DNA from: a bacterium
Lineage (GTDB): Bacteria > Zhuqueibacterota > Zhuqueibacteria > Zhuqueibacterales > Zhuqueibacteraceae
Length of the DNA stretch: 53,727 nucleotides
NCBI GenBank assembly: GCA_044869275.1
Contig: JBIOXB010000004.1
Location: 1 to 53,727 of the forward strand
Direction of reading: 5' to 3'
Shown here: one piece after another, positions 1 through 9,456 of the stretch
Layout of the letters: each line of letters starts with the position of its first letter
Numbering within the stretch: position 1 is the stretch's first letter
Program-made: the position numbers and the translations under genes
Notes under the pieces: model-generated
The model's database searches: none
Seen by the model: the letters and a program-made list of their open reading frames with translations, nothing else
Told to the model about the DNA's origin: nothing

Positions 1-124
1 CGTCCGTTAAAGTCAATTTGGCTCTCTTGGTTTTTCGTGGCATAATTACCTCGCGAATAGGTTCGAGAGGTAATATACAAAATTAAAACTTATTTGTAAA
101 TGTTTTTATGAATCTATGTACTAG
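1..124 (-). mobile_element. Probable left end and 5' start of an IS630-like transposase (runs off the window)
   Basis: Minus-strand ATG at 43 reads MPRKTKRAKLTLTD, resembling IS630 transposase N-termini. The AT-rich upstream segment ends in ...TTTATGAATCTATGTACTAG (to 124), resembling an IS630 terminus at a CTAG/TA site. Only 14 codons are visible. Confidence 0.4.
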
Positions 125-201
125 TTACAGCTATCTGCACAAGCTAAGGGGGTGAGGGTGACACCAAAGACGACTTCTTTAAACCTAAATGGAGATTTAT
201 C

Positions 202-1266
202 ATGCCTATACCCACTGAGCCGATTGGCAGCATTCCAAGACCGCAAGCGCTGATCGAAGGCATGCAGGCCTTCCAAGCCGGTCGCCTCTTGCAGAAAGAA
301 CTGGACGCGCTGTACCATGCCGCCGTCGTCGACACCATAAAACTGTTCGAGGCAACCGGCTCGCCGGTCATCACCGATGGAGAACAAGGCAAGCCGAGCT
401 TCGCAACCTATCCCATTCATGGGCTCCAGAACCTAGCGCCTGACGGCGTAACAATTCCTTTCGCGGACGGCCACGCGCGACAGTTGCCGAGGCTGACTGC
501 CGGCCCCTTCTACTACAAAACCTACGCTGAGGCTTACTTAGTCGTGGCACAGAGGCATGCTCGTGTTCCCGTCAAGCAAGCCGTCATCTCGGCATCGGCA
601 TTGAGCCTGCTGTACCCGCAAAGCGGCCTCGCGGATTATTCTCAAGAAGCGTTTCTCGCAGACTTGCTCCGTGAGCATGAAGCCGATATTCGCCGCTGCT
701 TGCAGAAAGGCGCATACAATGTTCAAATCGATTTCACGGAAGGACGACTCGCGGTTAAGCTCGATCCGACCAAGCAACTGCTGCACAGCTTTATTGCCCT
801 CAACAATCGTGTGCTGGATCGTTTTTCGGCAGTGGAGAGAAAGAGAATCGGAGTTCACACCTGTCCAGGCGGCGATCAAGACTCGACCCATAGCGCGGAT
901 GTCGATTATGCCGAACTTTTGCCGAGCTTGTTCGAGCTCAAGGCCGGGAATTTTTATATTCAATTGGCCAGCGAGAGCGACCGCGCTCAGGTGCTCAAAA
1001 CCATCAAGCAACACCGCAAAGCCGATCAAAGAGTTTTCATCGGCGTCATTGATCCGATTAATCCCAGAGTGGAAACGCCGGAGGAAGTGCGAGACCGGGT
1101 TCTTGAAGCCGCCGATTACATTCCGCCTGGCCAACTGGGAACGACTGACGACTGCGGTTTCTCACCCTTCGGTGATGACACTTCAACGTCAAGAGAAATC
1201 GCTTTCGAAAAGATCCGCGCCCGTGTCGCTGGCACGGCACTGGCTGCGAAAGCGCTTCGGGTATGA
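202..1266 (+). CDS. Cobalamin-independent methionine synthase II family protein (single-barrel MetE-like)
   Basis: N-terminal EPIGSIPRP, ITDGEQ, Zn-ligand HTCPG and DDCGFSPF motifs; GGAG RBS. Confidence 0.85.
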   Translation: MPIPTEPIGSIPRPQALIEGMQAFQAGRLLQKELDALYHAAVVDTIKLFEATGSPVITDGEQGKPSFATYPIHGLQNLAPDGVTIPFADGHARQLPRLTAGPFYYKTYAEAYLVVAQRHARVPVKQAVISASALSLLYPQSGLADYSQEAFLADLLREHEADIRRCLQKGAYNVQIDFTEGRLAVKLDPTKQLLHSFIALNNRVLDRFSAVERKRIGVHTCPGGDQDSTHSADVDYAELLPSLFELKAGNFYIQLASESDRAQVLKTIKQHRKADQRVFIGVIDPINPRVETPEEVRDRVLEAADYIPPGQLGTTDDCGFSPFGDDTSTSREIAFEKIRARVAGTALAAKALRV

Positions 1267-1413
1267 AAGACAAATCACCCGAAGAACAACTCTCCGGTTT
1301 CATCGCCGAGAGCACGCTCGAAATCGGCAACTTGACTCAAGGGTATTCATCCGTAGTATAACGCTGATTTTTCATCAAACCCTTCGCATACCGGCTCATT
1401 CGCGAGCGGCAAC

Positions 1414-1896
1414 ATGCAGAAATTTCTTATTGCTCTCCGAGCTCTCATCTATGCAACCGGCTTCATATTCTTGTTTGGCTGGATTGCCCTCGGCGTGCGT
1501 GTCTATGATCAAAGCATTGGCATCGTTCTGCCCGCGTGGACAAAAGTTGTTGGCATCATCTTTATGATTGCCGGTAGTGTGCTCATACTCATCTGTATCG
1601 CGGTATTTGTCGCCCGTGGCCGGGGAACGCCGGCAATATTTGACCCACCCCCGGAATTTGTGGCGATTGGCCCTTATAGGTATGTTCGCAATCCCATGTA
1701 TGAGGGAGGATTCCTCTTGCTCATCGGTTTTGGTTTGTATCATCTCTCCGTATCCATTTTGGCCCTAACCTTGTTGCTTGCTTTTCTTTTTCACCTGTTT
1801 GTTCTCTGCGTGGAAGAACCCGGCCTGGAACAGCGGTTTGGTTCCAGCTACCGTGAATATAAGAATTCCGTGAACCGCTGGCTGCCAAAAATGTAA
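1414..1896 (+). CDS. Isoprenylcysteine carboxylmethyltransferase / PEMT family membrane protein
   Basis: GRGTPAIFDPP, GPYRYVRNPMY, EE..L..RFG.SY.EY...VNRWLP motifs; hydrophobic. Confidence 0.85.
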   Translation: MQKFLIALRALIYATGFIFLFGWIALGVRVYDQSIGIVLPAWTKVVGIIFMIAGSVLILICIAVFVARGRGTPAIFDPPPEFVAIGPYRYVRNPMYEGGFLLLIGFGLYHLSVSILALTLLLAFLFHLFVLCVEEPGLEQRFGSSYREYKNSVNRWLPKM

Positions 1897-1915
1897 CGTA
1901 ACATTCATGTTGCAC
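1894..1915. repeat. Dispersed REP copy
   Basis: TAACGTAACATTCATGTTGCAC overlapping the stop of 1414-1896. Confidence 0.7.
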
Positions 1916-1932
1916 AGAAAGAGCCGCTTGGG

Positions 1933-3232
1933 ATGGCCACAAAATCAAGAGAGACTCCCATCAGTGCTGAAGCCCGCTCCGGATTGGAGCCGTGGGTACG
2001 CGCGGAGATGCCAGCACCGCCGATACCAAAAGGGCTCGGTTGGATCGCGGTCGTTGGTCCGGGTGTCATCATGCTCGGCGCCTCCATCGGCAGCGGCGAG
2101 TTTCTCCTGGGCCCTGCCGTTTTTGTTCGCCATGGGTTATCGCTGCTGTGGGTCACGGCCGTTGCAGTCTTTCTTCAAACCATTTTCAACACGGAATTGA
2201 TGCGCTATACGATCGCAACCGGAGAGCCGGCGTTCACGGGCTTCATGCGCACGTGGCCATCTTCCACGGCATGGGCGTAGTTTTATTCGGCGCTTTACTT
2301 TCTGCAGGTCGGCTGGCCCGCCTGGGCAGGCAACGCCGCGGGCGCGATCTTTTTTCTGTTTGCGCGCCGCCTCGCCGGGCCCGCAGACGCAACCTCAGTT
2401 TATCTGATCGGAGTTGGGACTTTTCTTATTTGCGTCGCAATTCTATTGGTAGGCCGGCGCATCGAGCACACGCTGGAGTTGTTCAATTGGGTGCTCATCG
2501 TGTGCATTCTTGGCGGCTTCATCGTTCTCGCCGCCATGTTTGTGCCAGCTCCAACATGGCTCGCCGGCGCGTTGGGATACACCGGCTTCGATACGGCGAC
2601 ACGGACTTTCGTATTTCTTCCTGAGGGCGCGGATTTCTTCCTGCTCGCCGCACTGGTGGCGTATCGTGCGCGCCGACCAGTGGGGAGTGTTCTTCACCGG
2701 TGCGATTCTGGGCATGGTGCTGCCGGCATTGCTCTACGTGACGTTCATTCCGCATGGCAGCGATATCCGTGGCTTGAGCATTGCGGCCGCGCTCGCCGCC
2801 AGCGCCGGAGCGCAGGCCGGACCCATGATCGCAGGGTTCATCGCCTTTCTCGGCGCTTGGATTCTGTTCAAGACTCAGTTGGACAACATGGAAGGATTGG
2901 TGCGGGCCGTTGCGGACATGCTCTGGAGCGGCAGCCGGCGAGTGCGGAGTTGGCGCGGGGGCGACGTGCGCGCCGTGTACTATGCTGTGCTCGGCGCCGT
3001 GGTCATCTGGGGCATGATGGCGCTGCGCCTCGCCCAGCCCATTGTGCTCTTGCAGCTCGGCGCAAACGTCGCAGGAGTGGTCTTCATCGTCGCCTCGTTG
3101 CATCTGCTCTACCTCAACACGCGGCTGTTGCCTCGGGAACTGCGGCCACCCTGGTGGCGCCGGGCACTTTTGGTGGGGATGGCGGCGTTTTATGGATTCT
3201 TCTTTGTGATGTCGGTACGAGGGTTGGTTTAG
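1933..3232 (+). pseudogene. Disrupted paralog of the Nramp-like transporter at 5115-6605
   Basis: Aligns along its length to 5115-6605. TGG>TAG nonsense at 2278-2280, and a 188-bp frameshifting deletion at 2656-2663 relative to the intact copy. Confidence 0.9.
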
Positions 3233-3354
3233 CGTGGCATACTCCGCTGGCATGATACTCCAATGATACGGAGCACCAAGCGGTCAAAGCAGTTGAGCAC
3301 ACCGCGGATTTGGTCGCGATATTTTTCGGTTAAAAGAATGAGTGGAATAGTCAT
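3229..3354 (-). pseudogene. Truncated N-terminal fragment of a putative mobile-element protein
   Basis: GGGGGAGG RBS and ATG at 3354 give MTIPLILLTEKYRDQIRGVLNCFDRLVL, which resembles the 'I.GVL.CFDR' start of a putative transposase-like family (from memory). The frame degenerates after about 30 codons. Confidence 0.4.
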
Positions 3355-3545
3355 GAGCCTCCCCCTCTTTCGTGTATTTCGTGTCTTCCGTGGTGAAGGG
3401 AGAGAAAGATAATCAAATCTCATCCCGAGCACAAAGGTCACCGCGAAACATCTGCGTTCAGCTTTTCCTTTTGGTTGCGGCTCGTCAGCGTTGTGTACTT
3501 GATCATGGAAACTGAAAAAAACTCGTTTAACTTTGGTCAATCCCT

Positions 3546-5069
3546 ATGAAAACCCAAAACCTTAATTTTTGGAAAATTTTCTCAACTGTGCTTTTATTAT
3601 TGTCATCTCCGGTCGCTCCCGCTTTTTCTCAGCAAAAGACCATCGGCATTTTTGAAGGTCAAACCGATGTCGGCCAAGCCCTCAACCGCGGCTCGGCAAT
3701 CTACGATGATGACAGGCAGGAATACACCCTCACCGGCTCCGGCACAAATATGTGGTTCGATCGCGATGAATTCTATTTCGTGTGGAAACGCATGAAAGGA
3801 GATTTCATCCTGCGGACGAGAGCGGAGTTCCTCGGTCAAGGCGTAGACCCGCATCGCAAAATCGGCTGGATCGTGCGCGCCAGTCTTGATGCTGATTCGC
3901 CGCATGTCAATGCTGCCGTGCACGGTGACGGCTTGACCTCACTGCAATTCCGGCGCACGAAGGGAGACTCGACGAAGGAATTAAGATCCTCCGTCAACGG
4001 CGCGGAGGTCATTCAATTGGAGAGAAAAGGCAATGTCTACATCATGTCGGTCGCGCGCTTTGGTGACAGCTTTGCCAGCGAGCAGATCTCAGACTTAGCC
4101 CTGGGCGACGAGGTGTATGTCGGGCTCGTGGTTTGTTCGCATAATAAAGACGCGGTTGAAAAGGCGGTTTTTCGTGACGTCCGCATCGTCGTTCCCCCCA
4201 AGGACGGCTATGTCCCTTATCGCGATTACATTGGCAGCAATCTGGAAATTTTGGAGGTTGAGAGCGGCAAGCGCAAAATCATCCATCGCTCACCCGAGTC
4301 TTTGCAAGCGCCCAACTGGACACCGGATGGTAAAGCGCTGATCTACAACCACAATGGCCGGCTGTACCGTTTCGATCTCGCGCAAAAATCGCCCATGCTT
4401 CTGAATACTGACTTTGCCACGAGCAACAACAATGACCACGTCCTGACTTTCGATGGAAAGACGCTCGGCATCAGCCATCACAGCAAAGACGATAGCAATC
4501 AATCGATCATTTATACGCTGCCGGTGCAAGGCGGCAAACCCAAGAGAATTACTGCACATGGCCCCTCCTATCTGCATGGCTGGTCGCCCGATGGCAAGTT
4601 CTTGGTTTATGTTGGAGAAAGAAACGGTGAATACGACATTTTCAAAATATCCGCCAAGGGCGGTGAAGAAGTCCGACTTACCACGGCGCCGGGATTGGAT
4701 GACGGTCCGGAATATACTCCAGACGGTAAGTATATCTACTTCAACTCCGTACGCAGCGGCACGATGCAAATTTGGCGCATGCAACCAGATGGCAGCGCGC
4801 ATGAACAAATGACCAATGATGAATACAATAATTGGTTTCCCCATATTTCTCCAGATGGCAAATGGATTATCCTCTTATCTTTTTCCAAAGAAGTTGACCC
4901 AAGTGATCATCCCTTTTACAAACAGGTCTATCTCCGGCTTATGCCTTTCGCAGGAGGAAAGCCAAGGGTCATTGCGTATGTCTACGGCGGCCAAGGTACG
5001 ATCAACGTGCCTTCGTGGTCACCGGATAGCAAGAAAGTGGCGTTTGTCAGCAATACCGACCTGAAATGA
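3546..5069 (+). CDS. Secreted TolB-like beta-propeller (PD40 repeat) protein with N-terminal beta-sandwich domain
   Basis: Signal peptide ending PAFS-Q; repeated WTPDGK, WSPDGK, YTPDGK, ISPDGK, WSPDSK motifs. Confidence 0.85.
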   Translation: MKTQNLNFWKIFSTVLLLLSSPVAPAFSQQKTIGIFEGQTDVGQALNRGSAIYDDDRQEYTLTGSGTNMWFDRDEFYFVWKRMKGDFILRTRAEFLGQGVDPHRKIGWIVRASLDADSPHVNAAVHGDGLTSLQFRRTKGDSTKELRSSVNGAEVIQLERKGNVYIMSVARFGDSFASEQISDLALGDEVYVGLVVCSHNKDAVEKAVFRDVRIVVPPKDGYVPYRDYIGSNLEILEVESGKRKIIHRSPESLQAPNWTPDGKALIYNHNGRLYRFDLAQKSPMLLNTDFATSNNNDHVLTFDGKTLGISHHSKDDSNQSIIYTLPVQGGKPKRITAHGPSYLHGWSPDGKFLVYVGERNGEYDIFKISAKGGEEVRLTTAPGLDDGPEYTPDGKYIYFNSVRSGTMQIWRMQPDGSAHEQMTNDEYNNWFPHISPDGKWIILLSFSKEVDPSDHPFYKQVYLRLMPFAGGKPRVIAYVYGGQGTINVPSWSPDSKKVAFVSNTDLK

Positions 5070-5114
5070 CCATCGACGATGAACCTTCGCAACTCACCCT
5101 GCTGAAAGCATTTA

Positions 5115-6605
5115 ATGAACAGTACCTCACTGCGAGAGACTGCAGTCGCTCCTGAAGCGCGCTCCGGATTGGAGCCATGGGCGCGTGCGGAGCTGCCCGC
5201 TCCGCCGATGCCCAGAGGGTTGGGATGGTTAGGGGTTGTAGGCCCGGGCGTTATCGTGCTCGGCGCGGCCATCGGCAGCGGCGAGTTTCTGCTGGGCCCG
5301 GCCGTCTTCGTACGTTATGGGCTGTCGCTGCTTTGGATAACAACCGTGGCGGTGTTTCTACAAACCATCTTCAACACCGAATTGATGCGCTATACCGTCG
5401 CGACCGGAGAGCCGGTGTTTAGTGGCTTCATGCGCACACCGCCTTCCTCCACGGTCTGGGCTTGGTTCTACGCTGGCATCTACTTTTTGCAGGTGGGCTG
5501 GCCCGCCTGGGCCGGCAACGCTGCCGGAGCGATCTTTTTTCTGTTCCTGCGTCGCCTCGCTGGACCCGCGGATGCCAATGCGGTGTACTTCATCGGAGTG
5601 GGCACCTTCCTGGTCTGCGTTGCCGTGCTGCTGGTGGGGCGGCGCATCGAGCGCACCCTGGAGTTGTTCAATTGGGTGCTGATCGTGTGCATTTTCGGCA
5701 GCTTCATAATCCTGGGTGCGATGTTTGTGCCGGCCACAACCTGGCTCGCAGGTGCAGCAGGGTTTGCGGGCTTTGACGCGGCCAAGCAATCGTTCGAGTT
5801 TCTTCCTGAAGGAGTTGACTATTTCTTGCTTGCGGCGCTCGTGGCGTACTCCGGGCAGGGGGGCGCCGGCAATATTACTCTCAGCAACTGGGCGCGCGAC
5901 AAGGGCTACGGCATGTCGCAGCATGCGGGCTACATCCCGGCCGTGGTTGGCGGCCAAAAGGTGCACCTCGCCCATAGCGGCTTCACGTTCACTCCCGACG
6001 CCGGTGCGATGCAGCGCTGGCGCGGATGGTGGCGTATTGTCCGTGCAGATCAATGGGGCGTGTTCTTCACCGGCGCGTTGCTGGGCATGGTGTTGCCGGC
6101 ATTGCTATACGTAACGTTCATTCCGCAGGGCAATGATATCCGCGGCCTGGGAATCGCGGCAGCGCTTGCGTCCAGCGCCGGCGCGCAAGCCGGGCCCATG
6201 GTCGCGGGTCTCATCGCATTTCTCGGCGCGTGGATTTTGTTCAAGACCCAGTTGGATAACGTAGAAGGTTTGGTGCGGGCAGTTACGGACATTCTTTGGA
6301 CCGGCAGTCGTCGAGTGCGAGCCTGGCGCGGGGGTGACGTGCGCGCTGTGTATTACGGCGTACTCGGGGTCGTTGTTATCTGGGGCATCATCGCACTGCG
6401 CCTTGCCCAGCCCATTATGCTCTTGTTGATTGGAGCGAATATCGCGGCAGTGGTTTTCATCATTGCCTCACTACATCTGCTCTACCTCAACACTCGGCTG
6501 TTGCCTCAGGAGCTACGGCCACCGATGTGGCGCCGCGTGGTTTTGGTGCTGATGACCTTGTTTTACGGATTCTTTTTCGTGCAGTCAATGCGCGGGCTTA
6601 TTTAG
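5115..6605 (+). CDS. Nramp-like (APC superfamily) membrane transporter
   Basis: GPGVIVLGAAIGSGEFLLGP motif, RYTVATGE, many TM segments. Confidence 0.75.
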   Translation: MNSTSLRETAVAPEARSGLEPWARAELPAPPMPRGLGWLGVVGPGVIVLGAAIGSGEFLLGPAVFVRYGLSLLWITTVAVFLQTIFNTELMRYTVATGEPVFSGFMRTPPSSTVWAWFYAGIYFLQVGWPAWAGNAAGAIFFLFLRRLAGPADANAVYFIGVGTFLVCVAVLLVGRRIERTLELFNWVLIVCIFGSFIILGAMFVPATTWLAGAAGFAGFDAAKQSFEFLPEGVDYFLLAALVAYSGQGGAGNITLSNWARDKGYGMSQHAGYIPAVVGGQKVHLAHSGFTFTPDAGAMQRWRGWWRIVRADQWGVFFTGALLGMVLPALLYVTFIPQGNDIRGLGIAAALASSAGAQAGPMVAGLIAFLGAWILFKTQLDNVEGLVRAVTDILWTGSRRVRAWRGGDVRAVYYGVLGVVVIWGIIALRLAQPIMLLLIGANIAAVVFIIASLHLLYLNTRLLPQELRPPMWRRVVLVLMTLFYGFFFVQSMRGLI

Positions 6606-6712
6606 GATTGCGAATTAAATAACCTACCCATAATGATTCCTCAGTGTGCAAGAATCGCTTGATCTTTCGCGAGGGTATTTGATCAGCTCAATATGGAAGA
6701 TTGTGACAACTG

Positions 6713-8071
6713 ATGTCGATTTTGATGAACACTGGCAGATCCACCCCGGAAGCGCCGGCGCGGACGAGTCTTCGCCGCCAACTCGGGCTCGCTTCAACCA
6801 CGGCGCTGGTCGTTGGTGAAGTGATCGCGGTCGGGATCTTTCTCACCCCTGCCGAGATGGCGAAGTCCCTGGGTTCTCCTTTTTGGCTGCTGGTGATCTG
6901 GGTCGTCATGGGAATAATGGCGCTCAGCGGCGCGCTGTGTTATGGCGAGCTGGCCGCACGCTTTCCCGAAGCCGGGGGCGGATACGTTTATTTGCGCGAA
7001 GCGTACGGACCGGCGCCGGCGTTCTTATATGGCTGGAAATGTTTTTTTGTTATGGATCCGGGCCTTACCGCGGCCCTTGCAGTGGGACTCGCCAGTTATG
7101 CCGCTTACATCATCCCCCTGCCTCCGCTCGCGCAAAAGCTCGCCGCCATTGCCGCGATTTTTGTGCTGGCGGCCGCAAACATTTTGGGAGTGCAACTCGG
7201 CGCGCGACTCATGCGCTGGCTGACCGCGCTCAAGCTCGGCTTGTTAGCCTTCATGGTGGCATGGGGTTTCCTACTGCAACTCGGCGATTGGTCGAATTTC
7301 ACGCCCTTCATCGCCCAACGCGTAGGATCGGCTCCACTCATGAGCGCGCTCGCCGGCGGAATGGTCGCAGCGTTTTTTTCGTTCGGTGGATGGTGGGACG
7401 TCAGCAAACTTGCGGGTGAAGTGTGTGAGCCCGGCCGAATCTTGCCTCGTGCTCTCGCGGCGGGTGTGACGCTGGTGACTTTGGTCTATATCTTGACCAG
7501 CGCCGTCTTTTTCTACCTGGTGCCGCTCGCGCGGGTCACTTCAGGCGAGACTTTTGCGGCGCAGGCAGGTGAAGCTCTCTTTGGCCGCGCTGGCGGTGAG
7601 ATCTTCGCCGGCATCGTCGTGATTTCCGTGTTGGCTAGCCTCGCCGGATTTATCATGGCTGCTCCACGCGTATACTATGCGATGGCGCGCGATGGTTTGT
7701 TCCCCCGTGCGGCAGCAACACTTCACCCTCGCTTTGGCACCCCCAGCCGCGCCATCATGCTTCAGGCCGCGCTGGCGAGTTTGCTGGTCGCGCTCGGCAC
7801 CTTCAATCAAATTATTGCGTATTTTATCTTCGTGGCGGTATTATTTGTTGCGTTTACCGTGGCCGCGGTATTCGTGTTAAGAAGAAAGAGAGTGGATGAA
7901 ATCGCTTACCAAACGCCAGGCTACCCGGTGACGCCGCTGATATTTTTGACGCTGGTGGCGTTGTTGCTGTTTCTGCTGGCAGCACACCATCCCAAGCAAG
8001 CATTGCTCGGCGCCGGGGTGGTTGCGCTCGGTTGGCCGGCCTATTATTTTGCATTTCGTGAAAGGAGTTGA
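6713..8071 (+). CDS. APC family amino acid permease
   Basis: GIFLTP, ELAARFPEAGGGYVYLREAYG, PRVYYAMARDGLF, HPRFGTP, YQTPGYPVTP motifs. Confidence 0.9.
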   Translation: MSILMNTGRSTPEAPARTSLRRQLGLASTTALVVGEVIAVGIFLTPAEMAKSLGSPFWLLVIWVVMGIMALSGALCYGELAARFPEAGGGYVYLREAYGPAPAFLYGWKCFFVMDPGLTAALAVGLASYAAYIIPLPPLAQKLAAIAAIFVLAAANILGVQLGARLMRWLTALKLGLLAFMVAWGFLLQLGDWSNFTPFIAQRVGSAPLMSALAGGMVAAFFSFGGWWDVSKLAGEVCEPGRILPRALAAGVTLVTLVYILTSAVFFYLVPLARVTSGETFAAQAGEALFGRAGGEIFAGIVVISVLASLAGFIMAAPRVYYAMARDGLFPRAAATLHPRFGTPSRAIMLQAALASLLVALGTFNQIIAYFIFVAVLFVAFTVAAVFVLRRKRVDEIAYQTPGYPVTPLIFLTLVALLLFLLAAHHPKQALLGAGVVALGWPAYYFAFRERS

Positions 8072-8073
8072 CG

Positions 8074-8664
8074 ATGACCTGGATTCGAACCGTTCCGCTG
8101 TCCGAAGCAGATGAGAAATTGCGTCGTGCACTCGAAGCGCAACGCGCGTTGTATCCTATGGAGTATGCCCAGCCCGTGCATCCGACTGATGACGGGACCT
8201 CTGGCATCGTGGCCTCACACAGCCTGCTCCCCGACGCTTTGTACCACGCCTTTGCCACTTTCGGCGTGTTGATGTCGCCTGAGCTTCCGCTCACCCGGCG
8301 GCAGCACGAGATGATCACCACGGTGGTATCGGTCGCTAATCGCTGCCACTACTGAATAGAATCCCACGCAGAGTTTCTGCGTCGCGTCACTTTGGATGAG
8401 GATTTGGTGCGGACACTGCAAGAAGATTACAGATCCGCACCCATTAGCGCGCAAGAGCGCGTCATGCTGGATTACGTCGTGCAATTGACCAAAGCCGCGT
8501 ATAAAATCTCCAAACAGGATCACGAGAAATTGCGCGCTGCCGGTTTTGACGACAAAGCGATTCTGCAAATCACGCTGATCGCCTCCTGGTTTAATTACAT
8601 CAATCGGGTTGCAGATGCCCTGGGAGTCGGGCGCGAAACGGTGATCAATATGCCCGCAGACTAG
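8074..8664 (+). CDS. AhpD/carboxymuconolactone decarboxylase-like peroxidase-related enzyme, probable selenoprotein (U94)
   Basis: ORFs 8068-8355 and 8392-8664 are in one frame, separated only by TGA 8353-8355. Read-through gives NRCHY(U)IESH, the AhpD CxxCxxxH motif. C-terminus [24 protein letters not shown] before ATG 8074; 196 aa. Confidence 0.85.
8353..8382 (+). promoter_or_regulatory. Putative bacterial SECIS element
   Basis: Perfect 7-bp stem ACGCAGA (8366-8372) / TCTGCGT (8376-8382) with a G-initiated GTT loop, starting 10 nt after the in-frame UGA. Confidence 0.65.
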
Positions 8665-8816
8665 TACTCTGTCACCTTAATTGCTATACCCTCGGCAGTG
8701 TCATCCCGCCGTTGCGGGATCTTGGTTGAATCAAGCACCGTGCATATGCTGCACAAGATTCCTCCTGAATGACACATAATGAAGAAGTTATAAAAATCAA
8801 GGTAACAGTGCACTAG
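8661..8816. mobile_element. MITE-like element with 18-bp imperfect terminal inverted repeats bounded by CTAG
   Basis: Left CTAGTACTCTGTCACCTT, right AAGGTAACAGTGCACTAG (15/18 complementary); internal TGTCATCCCG...GAATGACA palindromic arms; no ORF. Confidence 0.6.
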
Positions 8817-8948
8817 CCGGCTGGAGAGATTTATGATACGTTCAGATAAACACGCTCTCGTTATTATGCAAATGCTCGAATAGGTCGTGCCGTTAGCCGG
8901 AAAAGCCACTAGGAATTCCAAACGAGGTCATGAGGAATTGCCCAACGC

Positions 8949-9395
8949 ATGAATGTACTGGAATTGCAACAATATCTACACGAGCATATTCCACTATCGC
9001 AGGCGATGAGCGTCGAAGTCCTGGAAGCGACAGCGGAAGGCGTGAAGCTGTTTGCTCCTCTCCTTCCGAATATCAACCATCGCGACACCGTTTTTGGTGG
9101 TAGTGCGTCGGCCCTCGCCATTCTGTCCTCGTGGGCGCTGCTCTATATTCGGCTGAAGCATGAAAGTCTCAACAGTCGCATCGTGATCCAGAGAAATACC
9201 ATGGATTACGATCAGCCCATCACCAAGGGATTCGTGGCCTCGTCGGCAATTCAAGATTCGACAGCGTGGCTGGAATTTGTCAACACCTTGAAGCGTAAGA
9301 GGCGCGCCAGGATCTCAGTTACCGCGGTTCTCCATTGCAATGGAGAGCAAGTCAGCCGGTTCGCGGGCGCTTTCGTGGCTATGTTGATGCAATGA
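8949..9395 (+). CDS. YiiD C-terminal-type thioesterase (hotdog fold)
   Basis: LHEHIPLSQAM, APLLPNINHRDTVFGGS motifs. Confidence 0.85.
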   Translation: MNVLELQQYLHEHIPLSQAMSVEVLEATAEGVKLFAPLLPNINHRDTVFGGSASALAILSSWALLYIRLKHESLNSRIVIQRNTMDYDQPITKGFVASSAIQDSTAWLEFVNTLKRKRRARISVTAVLHCNGEQVSRFAGAFVAMLMQ

Positions 9396-9456
9396 CCGCC
9401 GGAGTGTTCCAGCGCTCTGGCCGCTGCAGTTACTTCTCGTATGCAAAGCAAAGAAA

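Noticed and set aside
1263..1361. 32-codon ORF MKDKSPEEQLSGFIAES overlapping the MetE-like stop
   Set aside because: May be a truncated gene start, but it is too short to support a call.
2278..2280. In-frame TAG as possible pyrrolysine or read-through
   Set aside because: The intact paralog has TGG (Trp) here and the same copy carries a frameshifting deletion, so this is ordinary pseudogenisation.
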